NCBI GenBank assembly: GCA_016650245.1
Contig: JAENWD010000289.1
Coordinates: 1 to 49,764, forward strand
From: Vicinamibacteria bacterium
GTDB lineage: Bacteria; Acidobacteriota; Vicinamibacteria; Vicinamibacterales; JAENWD01
Length of the DNA stretch: 49,764 nt
Direction: 5' to 3'
A model generated the notes under the pieces. That model did not search any database. It was not told the origin of the DNA and was given only the letters and a program-made list of their open reading frames with translations. A program made the translations under genes and the position numbers. Numbering within the stretch: the stretch's first letter is position 1; each line of letters opens with the position of its first letter. Of this stretch, positions 17,885-28,516 are shown piece after piece.

Positions 17885-20041
17885 TCACGCGCCGAAGCCC
17901 AACGCCTTGCCGACCTGGTAGACCACCAGAGCAGAGACGTAGGCCAACACGGTCTGGTACCCGAACATGAACAGAGGCCATCGCCACGAACCCGATTCGC
18001 GGCGCACCACGGCCACCGTGCTCATGCACTGACAGGCCAGCACGAAGAACACCATCAGCGCCAGGCCGGAGGCCGGCGTGAACAGGCGCGTGCCGTCGGC
18101 CTTGGCGGCCGCGCCCAGCTTCTCGCGCAGCGGCTGGTTGGTCTCGTCAGCGTCGCTGATGTCGAAGACGATGCCGAGCGTGGAGACGAAGACCTCGCGT
18201 GCGCTGAAGGCGCCGAGGATCCCGATGCCCACGCGCCAGTCGAGCCCGAGCGGTTCCAGCGCCGGTTCCATGAGATGGCCGATGCGTCCGGCCACACTGG
18301 CCCGCACCTGCGCGCCGACGTCGGCCCCCGGATCGCTGTGTTTCGGGAAGTTCAGCAGCGCCCACATCACGATCGTCAGCGCGAGGATGATCGTCCCGGC
18401 GTCCACGAGAAACGACCGCACCTGCCGCCACGTGGTGCGCGCGAGAACGCTGGCGACCGGCCAGCGATACGGAGGCAGTTCCAGGAGCAGTGTCGGCCTC
18501 GGGCCCGTGAGCACCGTCCGGCGCAGAACCGCCGCCGCGGTCAGCGCCGCGGTCACCGACAGCGCGTACATCGCAAACAGCGCCACGGCGCCCGCGCTGA
18601 TGAAGCCGCCGATGCGAGCGGCCGGACCAAACACCGTGGCGATGATCAGGACGTAGATGGGCAGCCGCGCGCTGCACGACATCAGCGGCAGCACCATCAT
18701 CGTCAACAGGCGGTCGGTGCGGTTTTCGAGCGTGCGTGTGGCCATGACCGCCGGGACTGCGCACGAAAAGCCAGACAGCATGGGCACGAACGACTTGCCG
18801 TGCAGGCCGACGGCGCCCATCACGCGGTCGATCACGAAGGCCACGCGGGCCAGGTAGCCGGCGTCCTCCATCACCCCGATGAACAGGAAGAGCAAGGCGA
18901 TCTGCGGCACAAAGACGATCACGTTGCCGACGCCGGCGATGACGCCGTCGACCAGGAGATCGCGCAGAGGCCCCGCCGGCAGCACAGCGCTCACGCCGCC
19001 TTGCGCCAGCGCCACCAGGCGTTCGATCAACGCGATGGCGGGTTCCGACCAGCTGAAGAGCGCCTGGAACAGGGCCAGCATCACGGCACCGAAGACGAGG
19101 ATGCCTGCGACGCGGTGCGTGAGCACGGCGTCGATGCGGTCGGTCCATCGCGGCGCCGGCCGATCGGGCGGCCGCACGGCCTGGCTGACCATGCGGTCCA
19201 CACGCTCGTAGCGCGCGCCGATGATCTCGAGATCGAGATTGCGCCCGTCGCGCATAGCGGCCCGTCGAATCTGGTGCGCCGCGGTGCGCACGGCGGCGGG
19301 CACGCTCACCAACTCGTCCGGCGGCGCATCGTCGATCGACAGCAGGGCCCACGTGGTCCACGCGCGCGTGGCGTGGCCGAGCCCCGGCAGTTCGCGGCGG
19401 ACCACGGCGGCCAGCGACGCGACATCGCGTTCGGCCAGCGGCGGCAGCGTCACCGTCCTGGGGACCTGGGTCGGGGTGTTCAGGGCGTCGGCGAGCGCCT
19501 GGCGCAACTGGTCAAGCCCTTGTCGCGCGCGCGCGACGATTGGCACGACCGGCACCCCCAGGTCGGTGGCCAGCCGCGCCTCGTCGATGGCCAGGCGCTG
19601 TGCTCGCGCCTCGTCGACCATGTTGAGAGCGATGACGACGCGTGCGCCGGTGTCGATGATCTCGCCCGCCAGGTAGAGCGCGCGGCCCAGCGCCGTGGCG
19701 TCGGCGACGATCAACACCGCGTCGGGCCGCATGCCAGCCCTCCCGAGCACCGCGTCGACGGCGACCTGTTCGTCCTGCGATCGCGCGGTGAGGCTGTAGG
19801 TGCCTGGCAGGTCGACCAGGTCGACAGGGCCGATGCCGTCAAGCTCGACCACGGCCGTCGTCCGCGTCACGGTGACGCCGGGATAGTTGCTGACTTTGAC
19901 GTCGGAGCCGGTCAGGGCGTTGAACAGCGTGGACTTGCCCGAGTTGGGGTTGCCGGCGACCAGCACGACGGCCCGCGCGGCTGCGGGAACCCGCGCGCGT
20001 TCGGGTTCGGCAGGGGCGACCGCGCCCGACGCCGCGGTCAT
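17885..20041 (-). CDS. feoB: Ferrous iron transporter FeoB
   Basis: 718 aa with an N-terminal G-domain (GNPNSGKSTLFNALTG, DLPGTYSL, NMVD) followed by the polytopic FeoB membrane domain. There is an ATGA overlap with feoA. Confidence 0.92.
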   Translation of the reverse strand: MTAASGAVAPAEPERARVPAAARAVVLVAGNPNSGKSTLFNALTGSDVKVSNYPGVTVTRTTAVVELDGIGPVDLVDLPGTYSLTARSQDEQVAVDAVLGRAGMRPDAVLIVADATALGRALYLAGEIIDTGARVVIALNMVDEARAQRLAIDEARLATDLGVPVVPIVARARQGLDQLRQALADALNTPTQVPRTVTLPPLAERDVASLAAVVRRELPGLGHATRAWTTWALLSIDDAPPDELVSVPAAVRTAAHQIRRAAMRDGRNLDLEIIGARYERVDRMVSQAVRPPDRPAPRWTDRIDAVLTHRVAGILVFGAVMLALFQALFSWSEPAIALIERLVALAQGGVSAVLPAGPLRDLLVDGVIAGVGNVIVFVPQIALLFLFIGVMEDAGYLARVAFVIDRVMGAVGLHGKSFVPMLSGFSCAVPAVMATRTLENRTDRLLTMMVLPLMSCSARLPIYVLIIATVFGPAARIGGFISAGAVALFAMYALSVTAALTAAAVLRRTVLTGPRPTLLLELPPYRWPVASVLARTTWRQVRSFLVDAGTIILALTIVMWALLNFPKHSDPGADVGAQVRASVAGRIGHLMEPALEPLGLDWRVGIGILGAFSAREVFVSTLGIVFDISDADETNQPLREKLGAAAKADGTRLFTPASGLALMVFFVLACQCMSTVAVVRRESGSWRWPLFMFGYQTVLAYVSALVVYQVGKALGFGA

Positions 20042-20283
20042 GAGAGCGGCTCGTCGATCTCGATGGAGAGTGCGTCGGCGCGGCGGATCGACAAGGCGTA
20101 GTTGCGCACGTGCAGTTCCAGGGGGTCGCCCAGCGGGGCGACGCGCGTGACCTGCACCCGCGTGCCGGGCACCAGTCCAAGCTCCATCAGCCGGCGCGCG
20201 ATGGCGCGCGAGCTGTGCACCGCGCGCACGACGGCGTGGACGCCCAGCGGCAGGGTCGCAAGGGAGCGGATGGGGAGGGACAT
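20038..20283 (-). CDS. feoA: FeoA family protein
   Basis: A small SH3-like protein (LMELGLVPGTRVQVTRVAPLGDPLELHVRNYALSIRRADA) translationally coupled to feoB. ATG at 20283 is preferred over the TTG at 20307 used by the track. Confidence 0.85.
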   Translation of the reverse strand: MSLPIRSLATLPLGVHAVVRAVHSSRAIARRLMELGLVPGTRVQVTRVAPLGDPLELHVRNYALSIRRADALSIEIDEPLS

Positions 20284-20318
20284 CGTAAGAATGAGACTCG
20301 TTCTCAAAGAGAATAACT

Positions 20319-20335
20319 CCGACCGATTCGGTCGG
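20319..20335 (-). terminator. Stem-loop followed by a T-rich tract downstream of recQ
   Basis: On the minus strand this reads CCGACCG-AAT-CGGTCGG followed by AGTTATTCTCTTTG. It lies about 35 nt after the recQ stop and about 35 nt before the feoA ATG. Confidence 0.45.
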
Positions 20336-20345
20336 TCAAGGGAGG

Positions 20346-20373
20346 CTACGGACTACGGGCTACGGACTTCAGG
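20346..20373. repeat. Heptamer tandem array (CTACGGA CTACGGG CTACGGA CTTCAGG), family B
   Basis: Read directly. The recQ stop codon (20369-20371) lies inside the last unit. Confidence 0.8.
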
Positions 20374-22201
20374 AGGGCGGGTGCTGGGCGATCAGGTCGA
20401 GGATGGCTGGGCCGAAAGCGTCGGCTTTACGCTCGCCGATGCCGGTGATGCCGTGCAACTCGTTGATGTTCCTAGGTTTGACCCTGGCCAGCTCGCGCAG
20501 CGTCTGGTCGTGGAAGATGACATAGGGCGGAACGCCCCGGCCCCGCGCCAAGTCGAGTCGCAGCGCGCGCAGCTTCTCGAACAGCCCCTGGTCGACACCG
20601 GTCCACGACGCATCAGTGCGAGGGCCTGTCCGACGCTGCCGACTTTTCACCGGCCGAGGCTGGCGGAACAGCACGCACTCGGCCTGTCCGCGCAGCAACT
20701 CGGCGCCGGCCGCGCTGATCTGCAGCGTCGGGTACTGATCGCCTGTGCGGCTGAGGAAGCCGCCTTGCGTGAGCTGGTCGACGTAGCCGCGCAGTTCGGC
20801 GGCCGGCACGTCGCGCAGCAGGCCGAAGACGCTGAGGGTGTGGTGGCCGCGCGCGGTGACCTTTTCGGTTGACTCGCCGCGGAGCACCGCCACGACATGG
20901 CCAACACCCCATCGTTGTCCCGTGCGCGCGACGGCCGACAGGATCTTCTGCGCGAGTACCTGCGGCTGGTCGGCCCGCTCGAGTTCCTCCAGACACCAAT
21001 CGCAGGCGCCGCAGGGGCCCTGGGCCAGGTCCTGCCCGAAGTAGCCCACCAGCGCGCGATGACGGCAACTGGTGGCGGCGGCATAGTGCTCCATGTCGCG
21101 CAGCAGGGTCCGGGCGCTGTCGGTCCACTGGCCATCGGATTCGAGCAGGCTGCGCCAGCGCGCGAAGTCGGCGGGCGAGGTGACCAGCGCGCACTCGGCC
21201 GGCAGCCCGTCGCGCCCGGCGCGGCCGGCTTCCTGCTGATACTGCTCGAGCGATTGCGGGGCGCCGGCGTGGACGACAAAGCGCACGTCAGATCGATCGA
21301 TGCCCATGCCGAAGGCGACGGTGGCCACCATCACGTCGATCTCCTCGTTGAGGAAGGCGTCCTGATTCCGGTGCCGCGTCGTGTCGTCGAGCCCCGCGTG
21401 GTAGGGCAGCGCGCGGATGCCGTCGGCGGCCAGCGCCGCCGCCAACTCGTCCACTTCCCGCCGCGACAGGCAGTAGATGATGCCGGCCTCGCCCTCGTGA
21501 CGGCGGAGGATCGTCTGCAGTTGCTGCCGGAACTGGACACGCGGCAGCACGCGATAGGCGAGATTGGGGCGGTCGAACGAGCCGATGTGCACGACCGGCT
21601 GCACCAGCCCCAACTGTTCGCAGATGTCGCGCTGCACGCGCGGCGTGGCCGTGGCCGTGTAGGCGTGCAGCGAGGTGCCCGCAAATGCCTCACGCAACGC
21701 GCCCAACTGCCGGTATTCCGGGCGGAAGTCGTGGCCCCACTGGCTGATGCAGTGCGCTTCGTCGATGGCAACATAGGCCACCCCGCGCGTACTCATCAGC
21801 GCGCGGAACCCGTCGGCCGTGTCGCCAACGGCTCGCTCGGGCGCGACGTAGAGCAGCCGGCAGGTGCCGGCGCGCAGCAGGTCGAGCGAAGCACGGCGCT
21901 GGTCCGACGACTGCCCGCTGTGCAGGCACGCGGCCGCGACGCCTTGTGCGACCAGGCCATCGACTTGATCCTTCATCAAGGCGATCAGGGGAGAGATGAC
22001 AATCGCGATTGACGATTGCCGATTGACGATTGCCGATTGATCGACGAGTGCCGGCAACTGGAAGCACAGCGACTTGCCGCCGCCGGTGGGCAGCACGACG
22101 AGCGAATCGCGCCGCGCCAGGACAGCGTCGATCGCCTCGCGCTGCAGCGGGCGAAACGCGGTGTAGCCCCAGTACTGGTGGAGAAGATCGTCGATCGTCA
22201 A
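20369..22201 (-). CDS. recQ: ATP-dependent DNA helicase RecQ
   Basis: 610 aa with a TTG start. Motifs present: FRPLQREAI, PTGGGKSLCFQLPAL, SPLIALMKDQV, DEAHCISQWGHDFRPEY, a zinc-binding CRHxxL...CGxCDxC module, and a C-terminal HRDC (VIFHDQTLRELARVKPRNINELHGITGIG). Confidence 0.93.
   Translation of the reverse strand: MTIDDLLHQYWGYTAFRPLQREAIDAVLARRDSLVVLPTGGGKSLCFQLPALVDQSAIVNRQSSIAIVISPLIALMKDQVDGLVAQGVAAACLHSGQSSDQRRASLDLLRAGTCRLLYVAPERAVGDTADGFRALMSTRGVAYVAIDEAHCISQWGHDFRPEYRQLGALREAFAGTSLHAYTATATPRVQRDICEQLGLVQPVVHIGSFDRPNLAYRVLPRVQFRQQLQTILRRHEGEAGIIYCLSRREVDELAAALAADGIRALPYHAGLDDTTRHRNQDAFLNEEIDVMVATVAFGMGIDRSDVRFVVHAGAPQSLEQYQQEAGRAGRDGLPAECALVTSPADFARWRSLLESDGQWTDSARTLLRDMEHYAAATSCRHRALVGYFGQDLAQGPCGACDWCLEELERADQPQVLAQKILSAVARTGQRWGVGHVVAVLRGESTEKVTARGHHTLSVFGLLRDVPAAELRGYVDQLTQGGFLSRTGDQYPTLQISAAGAELLRGQAECVLFRQPRPVKSRQRRTGPRTDASWTGVDQGLFEKLRALRLDLARGRGVPPYVIFHDQTLRELARVKPRNINELHGITGIGERKADAFGPAILDLIAQHPPS
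22001..22042. repeat. Six-unit heptamer array inside recQ (AATCGCG ATTGACG ATTGCCG ATTGACG ATTGCCG ATTGATC), family A
   Basis: Read directly. 42 nt equals 14 codons, so it stays in frame. On the coding strand it encodes [14 protein letters not shown], between the Walker A motif and motif Ia. Confidence 0.85.
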
Positions 22202-22204
22202 TGA

Positions 22205-23230
22205 CTACGCCACGCGCTCAGGCCGCCACTGCAAACCGAGCGCGAGGATGCGGTCGAGTAGATCTTCGTACTTCATGCCGCTGTGTTCGGCCGACTCCGC
22301 GAAGTCTTCGCCGTAGGCGATCTGGGGGTTGGGATTGGCCTCGAGCACGTAGGGCCTGCCCTCCGTGTCCATCCGCAAGTCGATGCGCGCGTAGCCGGTG
22401 ATCTCGAGGGCGCGGTAGACGCGCTTGGCCATCTTGCCCACCGCCTGTTCGAATCCCTCGGGCAGCGCCTGGGCCTTGTCGGTGGCGATGCCGTGCTTCT
22501 CCTGGTACTTCGTGCTCCACTTCACGCGCTCGGTGGCGATGGGCCAGTTGTCGCCTTCCACCATCTTCGTGAAGTGCATCTCCCAGACGGGGAACACCTG
22601 CAGCCGTTCGTTGCCCAACACGCCGACGTAGAGCTCACGCCCGTCGATGTACCGCTCGGCGATCGCATGCGTGCCGACGCTCTCGTGGATGAACTCCACG
22701 CGCTTGCGCAGCTTCTCCTCGTCGCCCACGACCGATGCCTGCGAGATGCCGATGGAGGACTCCTGCGTCAGCGACTTCACGATCAGCGGAAATGTCAGCC
22801 GCGGCGGCACCAGCACTTTGCGGCCCCGGCGGAAGACCGCGAAGTCGGGCACCGGGATGCGGTGATACGCCATCAGCTTCTTCGACAGCGACTTGTCGCG
22901 CGACAGCAGCAGGCCTCGGGGGTTGCACCCCGTGTAGGGCACCCGCAGCAACTCCAGGTAGCTCACGACGTTCTGGTCGAACAGGTTGACGTTGTCGAAG
23001 GCCTCGAGCAGGTTGAAGACGATCGTCGGCTTCCACTCGTCCATGGCCAGCCGGATCGGATTGAGCTCGTCCTGGATGCCCAGCGGCCTGACCTCGTGGC
23101 CGTTCTCGCGCAGCGTCGAGATGACGTCGAACTCCGTCTTCCACTCGGCGTGGACGACGTCGATGCCGGTGAGGTCGTCGGGCGGCACCAGATGTTTGTG
23201 GACGAGCACGAGGACGCGCTGGCGCTTCAT
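22205..23230 (-). CDS. ATP-grasp enzyme, D-alanine--D-alanine ligase family-like
   Basis: 341 aa starting at ATG 23230 (MKRQRVLVLVHKH...). It has the ATP-grasp core (FPLIVKSLTQESSIGISQA, ERYIDGRELYVGVLG, ARIDLRMDTEGRPYVLEANPNP). The longer 533-aa track ORF overlaps the upstream gene and is not supported. Confidence 0.75.
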   Translation of the reverse strand: MKRQRVLVLVHKHLVPPDDLTGIDVVHAEWKTEFDVISTLRENGHEVRPLGIQDELNPIRLAMDEWKPTIVFNLLEAFDNVNLFDQNVVSYLELLRVPYTGCNPRGLLLSRDKSLSKKLMAYHRIPVPDFAVFRRGRKVLVPPRLTFPLIVKSLTQESSIGISQASVVGDEEKLRKRVEFIHESVGTHAIAERYIDGRELYVGVLGNERLQVFPVWEMHFTKMVEGDNWPIATERVKWSTKYQEKHGIATDKAQALPEGFEQAVGKMAKRVYRALEITGYARIDLRMDTEGRPYVLEANPNPQIAYGEDFAESAEHSGMKYEDLLDRILALGLQWRPERVA

Positions 23231-23244
23231 CGTTTTCACCGCCC

Positions 23245-24285
23245 CTAGAGCGCGACGCGGTGGCCGCCGTCGTGCAGGTAGTTCATGGTCTGCACGGTCA
23301 GCAGGACGGTGAACTCGAGCCGCGCCTGCTCCTCGGGCCCGCGCAGGCGGAGGTTCAGTTGGCGGCTGCGCTCGATCATGTCCTGGAATACCTGGTCGAT
23401 TGTGTACTGGTAGATGCCCGTCCAGCTGCCGACCATCTTGCGGACCGACTTTCTGATCTTGATCAGGAACTGCGCCGCCGTCATGTTCTGCCCGCACTCC
23501 GGTGCGTCCGAGAACAGACGGCGCAGATCGCGGTCGTAGAAACTTGGATAGCCCACCACGTAGTGACGGCGTTTCTTCCGGTAGTGCTGCCGCAGCGTCC
23601 TCTTGATTGACGACAGCGGGTCCAGCGTCTCGGTCGTCGTCAGCGGGGGCGTCCGGCCCGCCAGCGACTGCATCAGCTGATCCAGGTACTCGAGCTTGCG
23701 CAGCGCCGGCCAATCCTGGTACCGCTGTCGCCACTGCGCGTCGGGCGTCAGCCACAGCGCAAACGTCTCGGCGAAGTCCTCGTCGGGATGGCTCTGCGCG
23801 TACCACGAGTCCAGGTGGAGCACGAAGTTCTTCGAGTACGGCTTGGGCGCGTAGTGTTCGGGATAGGGCAGCGTGTGGTCGCCGAACAGCTCGCGCCGCT
23901 GGCGGCGCCGCCGCAGGTGAAACGCGTTGTCGATGGCGTGGCCGGCCTCATGCCGCAGAATGCGCATGCACGAGTCCGCGTCGCCACCCTCCACTTCCAG
24001 CATCTGCGAGAGCTCGAGCTTGGCCAGGCGCGGATGCGCGAGATAGAACGGGATGGCCATGCCGGGGATGCCGTCGGGCGTGAACCACTCGTCCGACAGC
24101 CAGTAGTGCGGACGGAAGATCAGCCCGCGGCTGGCCAGCTCGCCGTTCAGCTGCTCGATCCGCTGCGCGAGGTCGGTGCCCTCGATCTTCAGATCGAGCT
24201 CGCGGAACTGCACGTCGAGCAACTCCTCGTCACCAAGGGCCGCCAGGTCCTCGGGCCCGAGTCTGCGAAGCGGCGGGCGCGCCAT
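23245..24285 (-). CDS. Putative zinc-binding metallopeptidase (HExxH)
   Basis: 346 aa with an HEAGHAIDNAF zinc motif and an N-terminal region resembling the 'putative zinc-binding metallo-peptidase' family. It lies 14 nt upstream of the ATP-grasp gene. Confidence 0.6.
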   Translation of the reverse strand: MARPPLRRLGPEDLAALGDEELLDVQFRELDLKIEGTDLAQRIEQLNGELASRGLIFRPHYWLSDEWFTPDGIPGMAIPFYLAHPRLAKLELSQMLEVEGGDADSCMRILRHEAGHAIDNAFHLRRRRQRRELFGDHTLPYPEHYAPKPYSKNFVLHLDSWYAQSHPDEDFAETFALWLTPDAQWRQRYQDWPALRKLEYLDQLMQSLAGRTPPLTTTETLDPLSSIKRTLRQHYRKKRRHYVVGYPSFYDRDLRRLFSDAPECGQNMTAAQFLIKIRKSVRKMVGSWTGIYQYTIDQVFQDMIERSRQLNLRLRGPEEQARLEFTVLLTVQTMNYLHDGGHRVAL

Positions 24286-24302
24286 GCCCTAACGATAATC
24301 GA

Positions 24303-25555
24303 TCACGCCGGAAGGCGCTTCGGCAGCAACGCCACGGCCACGGCGCCCACGGCCGCCAGCCCGATGAGCACCGAAAACCCGCCCGCGTAGCTGCCGGTTG
24401 CATCGCGGATGCCGGCCACCAGCATCGGCGCGGTCGCCTCGGCGATGCCGTCGGCTGTGAGCACGATGCCCATCAGTCGGCCCAGCATCTTCACCCCGAA
24501 CAGCTCGGCAGCCATCAGCGGGATGATCATGTAGTCGCCGCCCAGCCCGATGCCAAACAGCAGCGCAAAGGCGTAGCGCGCCGCCGGCAGGTCGGCCAGA
24601 AACAGCAGCGGGATCGTGCACGCCACGATGGAGTAGATGAGCAGCATCACGTACTTCTTCGCAAACCGATCGGCGAGATAGCCCATCGCGATGCGGCCGA
24701 TCAGGCTGCCCACCAGCACCAGCGACGCGATCTGCGCCACCTCGCCCTGCGCCAGCTTCACGTCCAGGCTCAAATACAGCTTGAGGTTCTGCATCGTCCC
24801 CCCGACGGCGCCGATGGAGCACATCGAGCCGACCATCAGCAGGTAGAACGCGGGGGACTTCAGTGCTGACGCAAGAGACGGCAGCGCGCCAGCGGAAATT
24901 GACGATTGACGATTGACGATTGACGACTGGGCGGTTGCAGGGTGCAGGTTGTCGGTTAACGGTTGTTGGTTCGCTCCGCGTGCGGCGACATCCTCGGGCT
25001 TCTCCCTGACGAACCACGCCATGGGAAACGCGATGACGACCATCAGCACGCCCAGTATCTGCAACGCGGCCTGCCAGCCCAAGCGCTGGGTCAGCGCGTG
25101 GGCCAGCAGCGGGACGATGGCGCCGCCGACACCGATGCCGAGATAGGCAAAGCCCATCGCCTTGCCGCGATTTGTGTCGAACCATCGCGACAGCAGCACC
25201 TGATTGGGCAGCGGGCCGCCGCAGACGTAGCCCAGGGCGTTGAACACGTAGAACAGATAGAAGAACGCCAGCGTCGAGACCGTGCCGAGTCCCACCAGCG
25301 CGCCGCCGGCCATCACGATGCCGGCAAGCATGAGCCGCCGCGGCCCGAACCGATCGATGAACCAGCCGGCCAGAAACCCGAACAGCGGGCCAATCAGCAG
25401 CTTGCTGTACGCGTTCCCCGAGGTGACCTGCTGGCGCGTCCACCCCAGATCCCGGACGAAGAAGTCGTAGAAGAACGGCAGGCCGTAGAGCGCGAACCCC
25501 ACGATCGAGAACAACGACAGAAACGCGGTAGCGGCGACGTGTGTCTGTGGGCGGC

Positions 25556-25559
<4 letters not shown>
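24303..25559 (-). CDS. MFS transporter (oxalate/formate antiporter-like)
   Basis: 418 aa in a 6+6 TM organisation with a long central loop. The GTG start overlaps the stop of the upstream OYE gene (GTGA). Confidence 0.75.
24898..24974. repeat. Two adjacent heptamer arrays inside the MFS gene: (ATTGACG)x4 at 24898-24925 and (GGTTNNN)x6 at 24933-24974
   Basis: Read directly. On the coding strand they encode ...[29 protein letters not shown]..., which is the central loop between the two 6-TM halves. Confidence 0.85.
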
Positions 25560-26986
<1,427 letters not shown>

Positions 26987-27088
26987 GGCGCCGGATTGTA
27001 TATCGTATATCTCGCAAAGAGGTAAGACCTTTTCAGGTGGAGTATGATGCGTGGCGCTGGTCGGACCTCCTGACCAGACGCCACCCGC

Positions 27089-28438
27089 ATGATCTTCACT
27101 CCACGCAGATTCGTGGCCACGTTTCTCGCCGTGGTGTCCGCGCTTGCGCTCGTCGAGGCGCAGGGACCGCGGCAGCCCTTCAGTCGCGTGGCCGTCACCG
27201 TCACGCCCGATCGCGCCGACTGGACCTACCGGCCCGGCGACCCCGTGAGCTTTCGCATCGACGTGCTGCGCGACGGTCATCCGGTGCTCGGCGCGACGGT
27301 GACGTACGGCTTTGGTCCCGAGATGCTGCCGCCATTGACGGAGGCCACCTCTGTCGTGGGCAGCGCACCGCTGACCGTGGCGGCCGGCACGCTGGCCACG
27401 CCGGGGTTCCTGCGGCTCATCGCGACGGCCGACATCGAGGGGCACACGTATCGCGGTGTCGGCACGGCCGGGTTTTCGCCCGACCAGATTCAGCCGACCC
27501 AGACCAATCCACCTGACTTCGACGCCTTCTGGAACGACGAACGTGTGCGGCTGGCGGCGTTGCCCATCGACGCGCGGTGGACGCCGCTGCCGGACTACGG
27601 CACCGCCGAGGCCGACTGCTGGCAGGTGAATCTGCAGAACGTCGGCGTCACCGAGGGCGGCAGCCGGCTGTACGGCATCCTCTGCATGCCCAAGGCGTCT
27701 GGGAAGTACCCGGCGCTGCTGAGCGTGCCAGGGGCGGGCGTGCGGCCGTACCGCGGGTGGGCCGAGATGGCGGGCAGAGGCGTCATCACGCTGCAGGTCG
27801 GCATTCACGGCATTCCGGTGATTCAGCCGCAGGAGGTGTACGACGGCCTTGGGCGCGGCGGCCTCAACGGCTATCCCACCTTCGGCCTCGACTCGCGCGA
27901 GCGCTACTACTACCGTCGCGTCTATACCGGGACCCTGCGCGCCAACGACTTTCTCACGTCGCTGCCGCAGTGGGACGGTCGCAACCTGGGCGTCACCGGC
28001 GGCAGCCAGGGGGGCGCGCTGGCGATTGTGACGGCCGGGTTGGATCGCCGCGTGACACGCCTTGCGGCGTACTATCCCGCGCTGTCCGATCTCACCGGCT
28101 ACCTCAACGGCCGCGCCGGCGGGTGGCCGCACATGTTCCGCGCCACCGAGGGCCCGAACGTGCACCGCGCCGAGGCCAAGGTCACCACCAGCAGCTACTA
28201 TGACGTGGTCAATTTCGCCAGGCGTGTGACGGCGCCGGGCCGGTATTCGTGGGGCTACAACGACGAGACGTGCCCGCCGACGTCGATGTATGCGGCCTAC
28301 AACGTGATCGCCGCGTCCAAGCAACTGACGCTTGCCTACGATACCGGCCACCGCACGACGCAGGAACAGGTGGACGAGATCAACGACTGGCTGGCCGACG
28401 AACTCACGCGCGCGACGGCGACCTCGAGCGCGCGCTGA
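27089..28438 (+). CDS. Acetylxylan esterase / cephalosporin-C deacetylase-like (CE7, AXE1) with extra N-terminal domain
   Basis: It has a signal peptide ([18 protein letters not shown]). It also carries the AXE1-type motifs [15 protein letters not shown] and the nucleophile elbow GGSQGGALA. Confidence 0.7.
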   Translation: MIFTPRRFVATFLAVVSALALVEAQGPRQPFSRVAVTVTPDRADWTYRPGDPVSFRIDVLRDGHPVLGATVTYGFGPEMLPPLTEATSVVGSAPLTVAAGTLATPGFLRLIATADIEGHTYRGVGTAGFSPDQIQPTQTNPPDFDAFWNDERVRLAALPIDARWTPLPDYGTAEADCWQVNLQNVGVTEGGSRLYGILCMPKASGKYPALLSVPGAGVRPYRGWAEMAGRGVITLQVGIHGIPVIQPQEVYDGLGRGGLNGYPTFGLDSRERYYYRRVYTGTLRANDFLTSLPQWDGRNLGVTGGSQGGALAIVTAGLDRRVTRLAAYYPALSDLTGYLNGRAGGWPHMFRATEGPNVHRAEAKVTTSSYYDVVNFARRVTAPGRYSWGYNDETCPPTSMYAAYNVIAASKQLTLAYDTGHRTTQEQVDEINDWLADELTRATATSSAR

Positions 28439-28465
28439 CGATCCGGCGGGCGGGTTGACACCGGT

Positions 28466-28487
28466 GGGCGGGTTTTGAAACCCGCCC
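28466..28487 (+). terminator. GC-rich stem-loop after the esterase gene
   Basis: GGGCGGGTTT-TG-AAACCCGCCC, 28 nt after the stop at 28438. There is no clear T-tract. Confidence 0.45.
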
Positions 28488-28516
28488 CTACGGAGATCAT
28501 TGGGGGCCGAGGACGG

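Noticed and set aside
22205-23806. 533-aa version of the ATP-grasp ORF
   Set aside because: The N-terminal 192 aa overlap the Zn-peptidase gene in another frame and are low-complexity. The ATP-grasp homology starts at MKRQRVLVLV (ATG 23230).
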